64,000 bases of DNA from assembly GCA_036172245.1 (NCBI GenBank), contig JAYWIR010000004.1, positions 3,348,001 through 3,412,000 on the forward strand. Direction: 5' to 3'. The notes under the pieces are model-generated. The model did not search any database, was not told the DNA's origin, and worked only from the letters and a program-made list of their open reading frames with translations. A program made the position numbers and the translations under genes. Positions 40,300 through 53,810 of this stretch are shown here, one piece after another. Within the stretch, counting starts at the first letter, position 1; every line of letters begins with the position of its first letter. Source of the DNA: Raillietiella orientalis. Taxonomy: Eukaryota.

Positions 40300-41900
40300 T
40301 CATCATCCCTGAACGAAAACATCTTGAGGTGCTTCCATCTCAATCTCATGCTTCATCTGTTGATCTGGAAGAAGCCAGTGATCCATGAGGAGCGATTTGG
40401 GAGCCGGTAGTGAGTCCTATGATGCAAGCCTGCATACCTTAACATGAATGACAATGATGTCCAATAACGATTTCGCATATTTTCTGGCGTGACACAGAAA
40501 TGGTCCCAGGAAAGCTGCCACTTTATAAGAGTTCAGTGAATTGCAGATCGGTGCTTAAGGGAAGCGCATGCACACTCAAGAAGCCACCTTCGTTAAGGGA
40601 AAATGTTGCCAGTAGATGGTAGGTGTTTGAGAAAACCTCTGTGATTAATGAGCTGGCCGCCCGTGTCTAGTTGATGTCATCGTTCACCATCTGACATGTT
40701 TCCACGTTCGGAAAAGCCAACCGTTTTTCTTAAACTACAGCCTTTCCTTCGAGATGAAAACACAAGAACGTTCGACAATCCATGAGCTCACATCCCCTTG
40801 CCAACAGCTACGGAGACCACAGGTGAACCCCGTTTACAACGTTGCATATTCATCACAAATTTTTCCAACAGTGGCTCTGTTGCCGAGGTGTCTTTGGATT
40901 CCTCCCCTGACAGAGTATTCCAAATTGATCTCGTTATGTTTCAAAGTAGAAAAGGTGTGCAACAAACCAATGAGAGGAAGAAATTCTCGCTAGTCTTAGG
41001 AGAGCCGAAGTCCAGCATCCATCGATAGCATTATGCTTACCAGGTACTCGGTACCACTGGTAAGCGGAGGCATAGGTTCACCCTCGAGAGAAAGGAGCGC
41101 TGTTCACTTCACCGGCCACCATTCCATGCTGTACAGATAAAGGATCCTCTTGGAGGGAACTCGCGAAGAGGCCTGGCAGCCAAAGTCCAGCATAAGAACC
41201 CAGATGTGCTTTTCGAAAACCAGATCGGACCTCAATAAGGAGTTCGCAACAGGAATAACCTGGCCGCGCGCAACCAACTTCGACTGCCTACCGGTGGTCT
41301 TCAAATACTCCATCGGGCATCACGAATGTTGATGCAAAGGCTCGGGTGCCGCATACAACGTTCAAAGCATGTGATAGCGTCTCTTCCTACATCCGGTACA
41401 GGTCAAAGAAACCATCTTCCGTCCCACTTCTTGCTCCTCTTTTCTTCTTATTAGGGGATTCAGTATGTCGATAAAGAGAAGGAACTCTCTTGAGAAAATG
41501 ACTGGAAGTCTGCAGGAGTCCCAAGCATGAAATAGCCTTTCGCTGATCCGAATCAGCCTCTAAAAGGAAATTCCATGAAAATTGGAACGGCATGGCTCTT
41601 GGATTCGAACTTACGCCGCACAGTTTGGTCGGAAGATCCCGTATCACTGTTTTTAGGTCTCATCGGTCAAACCTCCATGTGTACTTGCCCAAAGGAAGAT
41701 GACATCCCGTGATCCACCGGCTGCGAACGTACGGACTCTGCCAAACTCTGCAGACACTTCGAGGTGCGTGGCTGCAGTGAAATATCACCGGGCGCAGAGT
41801 CAGCTGGGAGAATTTCAAGACGGCATGTCCCGAGGCGGCGGGAATTTAAGGCAACTGTCGACGATGGAAGCGTCCGCCTAGTGGATAGATGCGTGAGACC
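40300..41900 (-). mobile_element. Decayed NeSL/Utopia-like (RLE-type) non-LTR retrotransposon RT relic
   Basis: KTVIRDLPTKLCGV (A.REI.EG.S..C), KRVPSLY..KKRG, VMPDGVFEDH (FMP.DGCFEH), IWVLMLDF..SRVP (LDF.KAF.SVP), FSLEGEPMPPL..EYL and NEGGF. Apparent internal deletion around the YADD region. Confidence 0.6.
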
Positions 41901-43035
41901 TAGACGTCCCTTGGAGCGGTCACCTTGTGGATATTCATTAACCTCTTTCGCTGGGAAATGGAGACATTTCTCATGTATTGCTCAAGTTGATTATGTGCTA
42001 TGTATGTGGAGTTTATGGGATGAAAACTCAGTATTTCTACAAACGATTAGCATTTCAACTGCAATTAACGGTAAAATTTAGACTTCAATTACTCAAGTCG
42101 TATTTGTCATTTAGCTTCGCTTCGAATCCCTAGCGTGCGTAGAATCTTGTAAGTTGCAATTGCATCGTTCAATACATTCAATACGCAGAGAGTGCTACGA
42201 TCAATCAAGAAATTACCGGCCTAAACACCACACATCTCTGATTCGAAGAACGGTAAATGCACAACTGTCACATCGCAGCAACATCTGGGATTCCTGTAAT
42301 TCCACGAGATTGGATCGTAGAATGTGTTTGGTTAGGAATTCTGAATCATAAAGCTTCAAATGTGATGCAGTCACAAAAGTTTCTTATTTTCAGTTCTTCG
42401 TTCGCCTCGCAAACTGACTGAAAATCTTCTCACACGGAAAGTCTTCGCACTACTTTGATAGCTTTCATGATTACCACAATTATGCAGACATAACCGTTTC
42501 TGATGGCTGAAAACACACGGTACACGCAAGAAATCCGCAGTCTCTCGCGAAAACACAGACTGGGAGATTGAGAGAGAGCAAAAACAAAAATTTCAAAACC
42601 CTAATGCAATCATGGAAACGATTCGTTATCATAATGTTGCTTGTTTCCATACTGTTTATCCTGTTAGCAAAGCCTGGTAAGCAAATGAGTACGTCTCCGA
42701 TACCTAGAAAACCAGCTTTCATCACCTACAAGGGCAACAACCCTCATTTGTCCTGAGTTCCGTGTTGGAAGATTAAGTACAAGAAAGAGACTCGAATTCC
42801 AAGTCATCATAGAACGAGCCACAGACTCAAGAAAGAGAGAGAAAGAAAAAAGAAAGAGAGAAGAAAAAGGAGAGAGATCCGGAGAAAAGAGAATCGCTAG
42901 AGTACGCAGAAGCCATTATTATTTCTTGGAATTCTTTTAAAACTGTGGACTCACTTGGCCATCCTGAGTTTTCTTTCTTTCTTTCCAATAAGCACCCGAA
43001 ACTGAAATCTATAAGATCTGTTGTACTGTCGTACG

Positions 43036-44300
43036 TTATCCATAAGTTGAGTGGTTTGAATACTTCACCATGAGGAAACGGGAGCTGGATTCGTGACTAT
43101 CTGCTAAGTTCCCTAATCCTCGATCCTTTGGTGAAGAAATGGGAGGACAAATGGAACAATACACGCTGGAATGCTGTGGTTTTCCTGTTACGGTAGTTGT
43201 ACACGTGTTTAGGTTGCACAAGGCTTCCCTTGGATGTCATCATTCAGCTGATTGAGGGCGAAGACCATTCTTCAGAGTAGTAACGGTGGATTGAAGAGCT
43301 AGTGGTTCCGCTAATCGGAATCGATTGAGTCTTGAGCCTCGTCGTAGACGTAGGGAATCCGAAAATAAGAATCAAAGGCCTTTACTGATTTGTGCGTCAT
43401 TCCCAAGCAAACGCTTTTTTCGAATACTTTGGTGAAATCACTTTTCTGATGAAACACCAAACACTCTAATTCTGCACTGAGAGTCTTTGAAAGCTCGGGC
43501 TGATGCCTTTATTTTCATGGTAGTTCTGTTCCTAGCAGCATTTATTTGCATGAGAAGGAGATGCAAAACAGCTTGACTTCCTCTTGAGTGACGACGGAGT
43601 GAGTTTTCCAAGCAGCTTCCCTCCGTTGCAAGCTGGAGGTTGCATCTGTTCGTTTCGATTGGAAGTAAAAACACAAAGAGAACACGCACGCACACCTTTC
43701 GTAAGCTCTTGCTTGGGAAAAGCAAACACCATCCTCCGCATCAGTGGCACATGAATCTAGTCTTTCAATAAAATCTTTTCAATACAATTTTCTAAGTACA
43801 ATCCTCTAAATCAATACAATTTTCTTGATATCCATAGTATCCGTGGGCGCTCGTACTCTTAATAGGAGTTCACAACGGAATAATAGGATTCCATCAGTGA
43901 GAGATCCTTTGATCAAAAATGGGATACCTTTATTCTAACGATTCAGCTTTTTGTGTGGGAAAACATTAATGTATCGGGAGGGATTGAACGAAAAATTCAG
44001 AATTACAGGGAAGTTCTCGGGTCACTAAAATTTCAGGGTCGCATTCGCTTCCAGTCCGCCTCCACGAGATTAGTTGGTAAAAGTCATGGTCAGTTATGCA
44101 AAAACAAAATTCTCTGGGTCAGTCAGAGGATACCCTGAGAGCAGCTACAAAGAACCTGACGTTAGTCGAGAGAGAGCAGGAAAAGAACATCCAGTTTTTC
44201 CCGTTTGCTCCGAGTCTGGACCGATCTTCAGCCTCCATGTTGCGTTCCTCCGATCGAGAGCACCTCTATTGCCAGTCCTCGCCACACTAGGGTGAACCTC
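43036..44300 (-). mobile_element. Degraded Ty3/Gypsy RNase H - integrase relic
   Basis: FCITDH (TDH), LMRRMVFAFP..VRACSLC (integrase HHCC end), VFGV, LAE..VTTLKNGL and TTVTGKP, in order. Confidence 0.6.
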
Positions 44301-46499
44301 TGAAGAGCTTTACAGACTTCCCGTGAGGGCACGCGACAGAAACGCCGTCATCTCTGTAATCCTGAGAAACGTGTCCTAAACAATCTGAACCAGTCACAAA
44401 CCAACCCGGACATCTTTTCAACGAGCAATCTAACGTCATTTGTAAACAACGCCTTTCTTAACGGAATGACCGAAAAATACGCTACCATCTTCCTCGCTGC
44501 AGATCAGATTTCAGTTTTGTTTGTGTCGCTGCCAAAGCAAACATCGTGATTTTTTTTTCCCCATTCAGCAAGCTCTCTACCTCAGTGAGCTGCTTTCCGA
44601 ACGCGTTACACAGATTGCAAGGAATGCGATGACCACGCCGATTTCTCTTAGACACACCGCGAACGTCTACTCGGACCAATGGGGACCAGTTAGATAAATG
44701 CTACTCCACAACGTGGAACGAAAGCAGTTCATCCATTCTTGGGTAGAAGACGGCAGAGATCGTTGGCTAGGTCCCCAGCAAAACGAGTTCGGGCATATTG
44801 CGCTCTTACGGGACATTCAGCTTCCAGTTCGAGATTGCATCCTTATCATCTAATAAATGTTGGCTTACGAGTGTTCCAGGAGAAAATCGCTTTTCGTGGA
44901 TCAGGCAGTGTGCTGCTATTGATCATTCTTTCTTTCCTTTCTTCCGTCTCCTTATTTGCGTAGAAGTCAGGAAAGCACAACGAGAATCACATGTTCTTCA
45001 TTATTTATTCCTGATTCACTCTCATGCTAAAGACTTCGACTATCTACAGAAGATCTATCAAGGAATTCCGTGAATAGGTACAGAACTCTTCAGAGAGGTG
45101 CCTCTTTCCCGCTCATGCGTCACTGGTGGGGTTAATGACACACGAGATTTGAAGGAGGTACCTTCATTAAATCATGAATCAGATGGGTTGCCGGTTCAGC
45201 AGCTAGCAGAGAGACCCAAACTTTACCTATCAGGTGGCTCATCTAGCAGTTTGAACATGCGAACACGTTTCTAAGGACACCATGACTTCCGATTTCACGG
45301 AAAGAACTCGAATATTTGAGCCGAGGAACGGAAACATCGCTCTTAAATTAAAAAAAAAATGCTTCAGCACAGAATGTCCCGGAGACGGGGACTTTCAAAG
45401 CCATATTGGATACTGGAATCGCAGTCACTGCTTCCATCTGATACAAGAACGGCTGACAACACAGTATTCAGCGTGTGCGTACTTTCATCTTTTGTGTCAG
45501 TGGAGCATGGTGTCTGGTACACTGTGATACGGTCTAAGACACTCAGGATTCTTGGGTGGATGCAAACATACTTACCCGTATTTAAAAATCATTTTTAGTG
45601 GTGCCAAGTGATTGACAAATGATGCAGGGCAGTGACTGCCGGCACTCTGCTTCAGTCTCCAGCGCTCCCTTCCCGCTGAGAAGCAGAGAGACCAGTTTAC
45701 CGAAAAACAAAAAAAAAAAGAAGTCTCGACGGCTTCGGGAACCTCCGGCCCTTATCCAACATGGTCGAGTCCATGCAAAAAAACAAAATCAATGGGAAGG
45801 GACACGGGTGAGGCAATTTGTTTTTTTTTTTTTTCCTCTCTCTTTCAGATCTGTGGATGCTGTAGCTCACAGGCCCGTAAAAACAATTGGCATGAGCTTT
45901 ATCTTGAAGCATGAAAACTGTATACAGCATGTACATGAATTGTGATAGAACGAACTGCAAGCATAATCTTGCTCCTGTCATCAATAGACAAACCTTACAC
46001 GCTCTCTTGGTTGGTTTGCTCTCCGCACAAGCTATCAGCTTATCCGGAAACGAAGGATATTCTATAGAAGTGATGGAGAAACATTTTCGCAAAATGGCGT
46101 ACACTTACGTTTCAGCTCAAGGACGCAACTTCATGCATAACTAATGCCATATGTGTATCACATTGTATGAATGTCCTTTAATCTCACCAAACAAATTATC
46201 ACGTGCGGTAGTAGATCTGCAGGAGTAAGCCTCAAAGTGAGGAGATTTCAAAAATTCTCGACCGAGTCACAGGGGAAAAAAACAGAACAAAACAGCGGCG
46301 TTCCTCGCTGCTTCTTTCCCAGAGCGCCTCGGCAACATGTTTTCTAGGATTCCCATCGGCTACTTTTCTTTACGTAATCGACGTGGATGTTTCGTGCCAA
46401 CATCGAATCAGATATCGAAGCATGTAAGACAATACAAATGAAATACTACGAAATAAAACCACCCTTGGAGAACACGCATAAAAGATGATAGGATTCTAC

Positions 46500-47530
46500 C
46501 TTCAAATCTGACCTCCATCGTCAATCGAATGTTCTGGTAGTTTTCCCCATCTCCCGGCCACGCACTTCCGAATGGATGAAAATGCAGGGAGCACCAGGAG
46601 AAAGGACTGGCTGCAGATGCTACTCCAACTGGGTTCTTTTCCTTCGAGTGAAGCGAGAGAGATCTCAATCGACTCGAGAAGTGTATGATGAGCCGATGAG
46701 GAGAGGAAACGAAAGGTGCCCAAGCACCAATGGCTAGTAACAACGCTCTTTAGACCATGTGTTGAGAAGTGCATTCCTTGAATTTCGTCCAAGTTTCAAA
46801 AATTGCCAACTTCCGAGCGTGGAAGCGTCGAACAGAATCGCCATGAAGATCGGCGTCGTCTTTATCGCAAACTACGCACGATTGGTGTAATGCAATTAAC
46901 CACGTTGGACTTGCAGAAGAGATGCATGGAGGAGTCACTTTAATCGGAATCCGGAAGAACCGAAATGCAGGCCTGTACAAACGCTATCGGTTTCGCTCCG
47001 TACGATTACTCAACTCTTCTTTGATCGTATCGTAATGCGATGGGAATCGACAAACGCTCTTCAGCCTTCCTGCATTTTGTTTCTTTCCACTTTTTTTTCG
47101 TTTCCCTTTTTTTTTTTTTTGCACAAGCCTTCGTCAGTTTGCTGATCAAGGTATCAGGAAACTAAATCTGGAAGCTTCCTGGCACTGGTACAAAGACGTG
47201 CGGTATTACCAAAGATTTTTCCCGCGGAGAGTGTCTTATTATTTCTTCGCTTGAATACATGACCCATTTAGCATATCCTGGAAGACTCCTGATCTCATTT
47301 CCAAAGGAACTTGAGATTGCTTTTGCCATAATAAAGGCAGACGAAACGCAAACGCATATTCGCGTGCACTCTTCGCATCAGAAATGTAGGAGGGAAGGAG
47401 CCTCACACACCGTGCAGCTCCGTTCAACCCCCCTACCTCGGCGAAACTCCTCCCTCGTACCCTTCGATAAGGGGTACCAGCTCTCGGAGGAAAGGATTTA
47501 CTTAAATCTCCTCCATAAATTCCCACTTCT
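46500..47530 (-). mobile_element. Possible C-terminal restriction-like endonuclease (RLE) relic of an R2/NeSL-type element
   Basis: SPTWLIALHQSCVVCDKD..FHARKLAIF..ALLLAIGAWAP resembles the RLE pattern PD.V..IIDV..A...K..KY..G..GAW.P. Confidence 0.4.
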
Positions 47531-48117
47531 GAATCCCGAAAATTTTGCTCAAAGAGTCCGGTTTGTGTAAGGCATTCTCGAACACTTCCCGCTATTTATG
47601 TTTCGTAAGATTCAGCTTGCATGACACGAAAAGAAAAACGTCACGTGTCAATGGTCACCTCCACTAAACTTCGGACGCCGGTGGAGGAGGTTTACAACTC
47701 CTATTGGATCACTCAGAGGTTTTACTTACGTAATAGCATTTGAACATTTGGAATACATCGATTGCTATCAGATATGTAACTGTTTTTCAAAAACTGCATT
47801 AGAAAAAATTTCTGATATTTGACCTTGTTTGCGGACCATTGACATAATCATGCAGGCAAAAAATCGTCGCGAGCTACAGCTGCAAGTGTACAAGCAGCAG
47901 GAATCATCGAGTGTAAAACCGAATGGATGTTCACGAAACTTTTTCCAATGGTTATATGAGATGGTCCTTTTGCTTCATTTTTTCTCCATTATAATTTCAT
48001 TTCTTGGAGCTGCGGGAAAAAATTTGCTCATTCAGGCTGTTTGGCGGAGTATTTGTTTTCCATCAGCCATACCCTATTTAGGAATCACAGCAGTGTGGCC
48101 ACTAAAAAGGCAGAAAA

Positions 48118-48119
<2 letters not shown>

Positions 48120-48156
<37 letters not shown>

Positions 48157-48168
48157 AAAAAAAAAAAA
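48120..48168. repeat. T32 tract followed by A15 tract
   Basis: Direct read: T run 48120-48151, 'ac', A run 48154-48168. Confidence 0.9.
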
Positions 48169-49217
48169 TGGAGATGCTTCTATTATTCCTGTATTGCACG
48201 TGTGACTAGCTCTAAGGGTGGAGGGGAAAGAAAGAAATGTATACTGAAAAACACCGATTTCGAGCGTGATAACGATATGCACACAAGATTTTGGTTCACG
48301 TTGCGAAGATTTTCTGCATTTCGTACTATTATTATTATTGTACGGTTGCTAATAGTATTGACCCAGGAATCACCACCGAGAACCCAGCGCGACAAATTGC
48401 AGTCCTTATCGACAGTTGCTAGGAAAACAAAAAGTTGGACGCATACATGCTTGTGCTACGGTTGTATAAACAAGGCTCCCTGCGGTCCCCAGGTATCATG
48501 CGGAGATTCGGTTAAACATCTGCCATTGATTATGCCGTGCATAAACAATGTTAGGTGTTTAATTGCAGATATTAGTCACCATACGGCTGCAAGCATTCGA
48601 AAGGAAGGCGTTTTTCTGCCAATGCTCTTATAGCTCGATTGCAGTGTTCTATGCAAACTAGGCAAGTACGTGCGGGGATCCTGTCGTGAGTGGTGAACTT
48701 GTTGAAATGCTGTTTCGAGAATTGTACTGCACAGTCCAAGATGTAAAGTAAATGGATTTTTTTGTTGTTTGTTTGAAAGTAACTGAAAGGTGTATCAGAA
48801 AGAATTCTCGGGTCATAAAACTGTTTTTGTCGGTCGATTCAGATGGAAAAGTGAATGTAGAGCACTGTTACATGATATATAATAACTAGCCAGAGCCTTT
48901 CATTGGAGATTAGTTTCTATAGTGTGCACGTAGTTACGTTTCATTTATAAAAATATGATTTGTATAAATGAATGCTTTACAGGTATCTCCTTTGCAGCGA
49001 TTGTTCGATTTGTGCTGCCAGTCGAAGATAATATTGAAGATAAGATTAAGCATGTGTGGCATACATCTGTTTCGGTGATAATATGAAACAGTCTCTGCTT
49101 TGCCAGAGACTACGGACAACATTCATTGTGAATGTTCTTTCCATATAATCTATGTGATATTCATGATTAGTATCCCTAATTACTGGACAAAACCATGATC
49201 GCTAAAATGGATGTAGG

Positions 49218-50713
49218 ATGGAGGCATTAGAAATAGAAGCATTGATGAAAATGTACAAGTGTCTTAAACCTTCAATCATTTTATTTTTGGGTATCATTTT
49301 GTGGCTGAAAATGCAAGTGATATTTAGAAAACAGACATGGATTGATGAAGTGGAACATGATTTTTACAAAAATGATGATGGATATGAAAGTATAGAGCGA
49401 GGTACATTAAAGTTTAGTGAAAAGCGTGATAATCTCACAAGAGAAGAAATTCTTGAAATCAAGAAGAAAATCTATGATATTAATAAAAGTGAAGCGATTC
49501 ATAATTTAGCTGAATTTGGCTTAGTCACTAATGCTACACTAGTAATTGTAATTCAAGTGCATCAGCGCATTGGTTACCTGAGACATTTGATTGTGAGCCT
49601 TGCTAAAGCTAAACATATAGAGGAGGTTTTGCTGATTTTCAGCCATGATTATTTTGATGAAGCAATCAATGCTATGATTCGAGCTATCACATTTTGCCGA
49701 GTCATGCAGGTCTTTTATCCTTATTCACTACAAGTGCATGTTAATGAATTCCCAAACGATTCACCAGGTGACTGCCCTCGTGAACTCAAGCCATCTGAGT
49801 AAGTATCCTTCTAAGTTGCTAGATTGTCAATGTATATTTATTAGAAAGCCACATCTATTTTGTACCAATATTAACTGGCCTGATAGGTATGGTCATTACC
49901 GGGAGGCTCGTTTCACACAAATTAAGCATCATTGGTGGTGGAAATGTCATGCCATCTTTGATGTCTTATCCGTGACCAGCAATTATGTAGGGCCTGTCCT
50001 CTTTCTTGAGGAGGACCATTATGTTTCAGAAGATTTTATCTTTGTCTTACGAAGCATGCAAGCCTTGCAAAGAACTCAGTGCCCCATGTGCAACCTTTTG
50101 ACTTTAGGTTCATATGTAAAAGACCCCACCTTTCAGAATGTTGCACACTTGGTAACATCTTCAATGACCTTCTACAGATTATATGCTTCCCTTTAGCTAG
50201 AAACTGGTCCTTGGATTAGCAACCGTCACAACATGGGCATGGTTTTTAACCGTACCACCTGGACTAGCATCAAACAGTGTGCCAACCAGTTTTGCACACT
50301 TGATGAATATAACTGGGATTGGACGTTGCACCACATAAGCAACAGTTGCATTGAACCCAAATTGGTAGTACTGGCTGTAAAAGCACCACGTGTTTTTCAC
50401 ATTGGCGAATGGTAAAAAATATTCTCAGCATGAGGGTGATGTGGGCTTCAGTGGGGTGCACCATAGAAAAGTCAACTGTGAGCCATCTCGAGTACTGCAC
50501 GCAGTTGAGCAATCCCTGTCTGAAGGCCAGCAGTATCTGTTCCCTTCCAGTCTACAGGTGACACAAATCAGCATATCATTTTACAGAAGACTGAGGAACA
50601 TGAAATTGAATGGAGGCTGGGCTGATCATAGAGATCATAATCTATGTCTCAACATCAGTGCTTCTCACACTATGTATATTTGTGACAGTGATAAGTCGTG
50701 CAAGCAGAATTAA
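49218..50713 (+). CDS. MGAT2: Alpha-1,6-mannosyl-glycoprotein 2-beta-N-acetylglucosaminyltransferase (GnT-II)
   Basis: Exons 49218-49798, 49845-50151, 50197-50411 and 50452-50713 (introns 46, 45 and 40 nt). N-terminal TM anchor. Motifs VIQVHQRIGYLRHL, LIFSHD, PDRYGHYREARFTQIKHHWWWK, LFLEEDHY, DEYNWDWTL, PRVFHIGECGVHH and NGGWADHRDH. Confidence 0.96.
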
Positions 50714-52589
50714 AAGCAATAAGAATAAAAGAGTAGATTGTTCTTTCTTCCACTTACTTTTCTAATTCTAAACAGTTAACATTGATGTAGAGTGCATTTC
50801 AGTTTGTATTTAGTCAAACTAAGTGAAACTTTGTGAGTTCCTAGAATTTTTTCAATCTCATATTCTATGAAAATGAGCTTTATGCTATGTAGGTTTCTGA
50901 CAGTTTATTGAGAATTATCAAAGAGCATTTCCTGTGTCATGCACATCTTAAGCTGAGATGAGCACAGAATCATTCATTCGAAAATTCCAACCTTCTTGGA
51001 GATCCAACGAATTTTGATCTAGGAGTGACTGATTAATGGTGACATTCAACCCAACTGTTCAAAGCAACAAATACATGTACGATCCTTACCATCATTTGAA
51101 AACGTAAACACCTGTTAATTACTTGTTAACATTTGCTAGTTAATACAATGAACAACACAAATGCTACGGATAAATTTGGATATCAGTGCTTATTCAAGTT
51201 AACTTTCTTGCGTGAATTTTCAATAAGCAAGGTCCGATTTTTAATTCTGTATTTTTATTTGCTTACTTAGAATCGCATTAGACAGACGTGAAACTGTTAC
51301 ACAGTTGAATATAAAATGTTACTGCAATCGAAGTGCCAAGTGGATTTTTCAAAACCCTACTTGAAGCTGATCCCTTGAGATCTAAACCAAAATCGGTTTT
51401 GTCACGAGGGATCCCGAATGGACATTGGAAATTTCACGGACGCAGTTTTCTCTAGAGCCGCACTTTGCAAAAGCTTCTTATTAGGATACATTAAAACCGC
51501 ATTCTGGAAAAATTACAAATTTTACCATGTCTTAATCGGCTGTCAAAATTACTACTCAAATCTATTTAGCCTGGCTGCACCCAATTTAATAAGCAAGATG
51601 GATTTCTTCCATCCAGTTTTCAACAGTTTTAGAAATTACATCCTACGATTGCATTACTTACCACTCTAGGCTTAAAAGTTGCTGTGCACCCTCCTGACTC
51701 TCGAAAACATATTACATATTATTTCGACATATTCTTCTTTGATTCACACGATTTTTTGGATACACTCGTCAGTAAAATGCAGAACGTCCATCAGGATGCC
51801 TGGCTAGCTGATGTGCCTTAACTTTCCACCTCGGTAGGCACTCATTTTACATTGCAGTTATTTTACACGTTGCATCTTGATCAGGCTCAGTACTCTTATG
51901 TCATCACTTCATTTTTCTCATTAGTGGTATTAAGCGATACACAAGTTTGCATCAGAAATAATTCTCGAAACGGAAAAAAAAAATAATAATAATAATCTCG
52001 AAGCTATTAGAACGATTATGTATGTTTCCTAGGTAGGATTTGTTTGCTTGCAATTGCTTACAAATATCCTACTGAGCTGCAATTTGAGTCAATTTGCATT
52101 CTTAATAAGCAAGTGTTATGGTGCAGTTGGAATTTCCATTTTGCAAACCCGTTCTTACATCTGTAAATTCCACAAGCTCATTTACTTTGAACACGGCAAA
52201 GTTTACATAAAAGCAAATCGAAGCTTTTAAAAGGGTTGGTGTTTTCCAAAATCAAACTTTGCCTGGTTAAGAACACGAATGCTTATTGTCTTATCATGTT
52301 TAGTAGGTACTTATATCTATGTATACTTATAATTCACTCGTATTACTTCAACATGTATCTTCAATTTATGACCAAAATATATTGTTCAACGCATATAATT
52401 GATTGCCCATTGCTTATTGTATATAGTTTCCCACCTGTACTTCATCCTGAGCTGCTTCGACTGAGCCGAAGCAGAAACTTACTTACATCATAAATTTATG
52501 AAATCTACATTACACAGCATTATAAATTTATTCTTATTTTATTTGTCTGTCAATCATAGACACTGCTGTTGTTTTCGTTTTTGCATTTT

Positions 52590-53810
52590 CCCCATCCATG
52601 AAATTTTTGAAAATCTCAGCACAATTGGAGTAGATACGAAAATCATCTCTCATCGGTTGTAATCAAAAAATATTCCCGTATGATCAAAGAATGTTCCCGA
52701 TTTATGGATGAGACCCGGTGACGATCGTCTAGGTCGTTTTTCTGTGCATTAGCAAGTGTTTATAATCCAACGATTTGATTTTGAAATGCCCGTTATAAGC
52801 AACAGGATGTTCAAAGCAGATTAGGTTCAGTAGACGCGAAAAAAATTCAATTATCGAAAAGTTTATGCACAAAGGTTTTATAAATATGCGGTGTCAGTAA
52901 CTGGACAGATTATTAAAAAGTTCCAAACATCGTCGGTCAGCACCCTTAAGTTCAACGTGCGTTTAGAGCAAGACATCATAATCAATGGATATCCATGTCT
53001 ATCAAATGGGAAATACAGATGAAAATTGATTTCAAAGTCGTTTAAAATCGTACCACATCGCAAAAAATAAAATGTATAAAAAAAACCCTCGAATCAATTT
53101 AAAAAATCACAAAATGTTATAACAAAACAATCAAGAACAGAGGTCATTACCAGTGTTTCAGAAATACAGCCAAAGCAATGAAACTCCGATATACTCCAAA
53201 GAAACGCAGTTTCACTCAATAAAATATCTGCATATCTGTATTCAAAACTCTTGGATATTGATTTCAAGGAATTTATGTTCTTTTCATCTTTTAGGATGTT
53301 CATATATCGTAAAAATAACCAATTACGGCCACCATTGTGACTTGATAAAAAATATGGCTTGTCGTACTTATCAAGCACATCTACTTAAAAGTTTTAGCGT
53401 TTTGAAGTTACAATATCCATTCCTTTAGTATTGACGCCAATGGTATATTCAAGAGCTTCTCTCATTTGCCAAATTCATTGATTGGCAGGTCTGCTCAAGA
53501 ATTTACGCGGTTTGATTAAATAAATCAAAATTTTTGTCTTGGAAGACATTCATTTGTCATCTGGCTTGTTGAATTCAAGGCTCTTTGAAAACCGAGAAGA
53601 AAGGACTTTTAATGTTTCTGAAACCTACAGCAATTTGAAGAAAAAAGAACTGCAGATATCCTTTCATTTCCTGGAAACACTAAATTGTGTAAATTGAGTG
53701 CTTAAACACACACAGGTACCAAACACCATCAGTATACCAATCGCTTCTCGACCTTTTGGCTAAGATCAAAGTATACCAATCGCCAACGCATCATTCACAG
53801 TCTGACCATT
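52590..53810 (+). mobile_element. Degraded Ty3/Gypsy RNase H end - integrase relic
   Basis: QRFDFEM, DIIINGYP (I..GWP), NSWILISRNL..GCSYIV..NY, SIDANG (SDNG) and RYQTP..QSP, in order. Confidence 0.55.
53740..53772 (+). pseudogene. 3'-truncated U2 snRNA fragment (about nt 1-33)
   Basis: atcgcttctcgaccttttggctaagatcaaagt matches the conserved metazoan U2 5' end (ATCGCTTCTCGGCCTTTTGGCTAAGATCAA(A)GT). It stops before the branch-point-pairing GTAGTA and is bounded by the direct repeat agtataccaatcgc. Confidence 0.88.

Noticed and set aside
42760..43045. Solo LTR (TG...CA with a purine-rich interior)
   Set aside because: No second copy, target-site duplication, PBS or PPT could be shown.
44480..46150. 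Additional LINE EN/RT relics
   Set aside because: Only single weak motif resemblances; family and extent cannot be supported without a profile search.
48120..48168. T32/A15 tract as a functional hairpin or terminator
   Set aside because: Homopolymer runs are frequent throughout the window; most likely slippage or old poly(A) tails.
51770..51850. Hammerhead ribozyme (CTGATG followed by a gcct/aggc stem)
   Set aside because: The core reads CTGATGT rather than CTGANGA, and no GAAA follows stem II.
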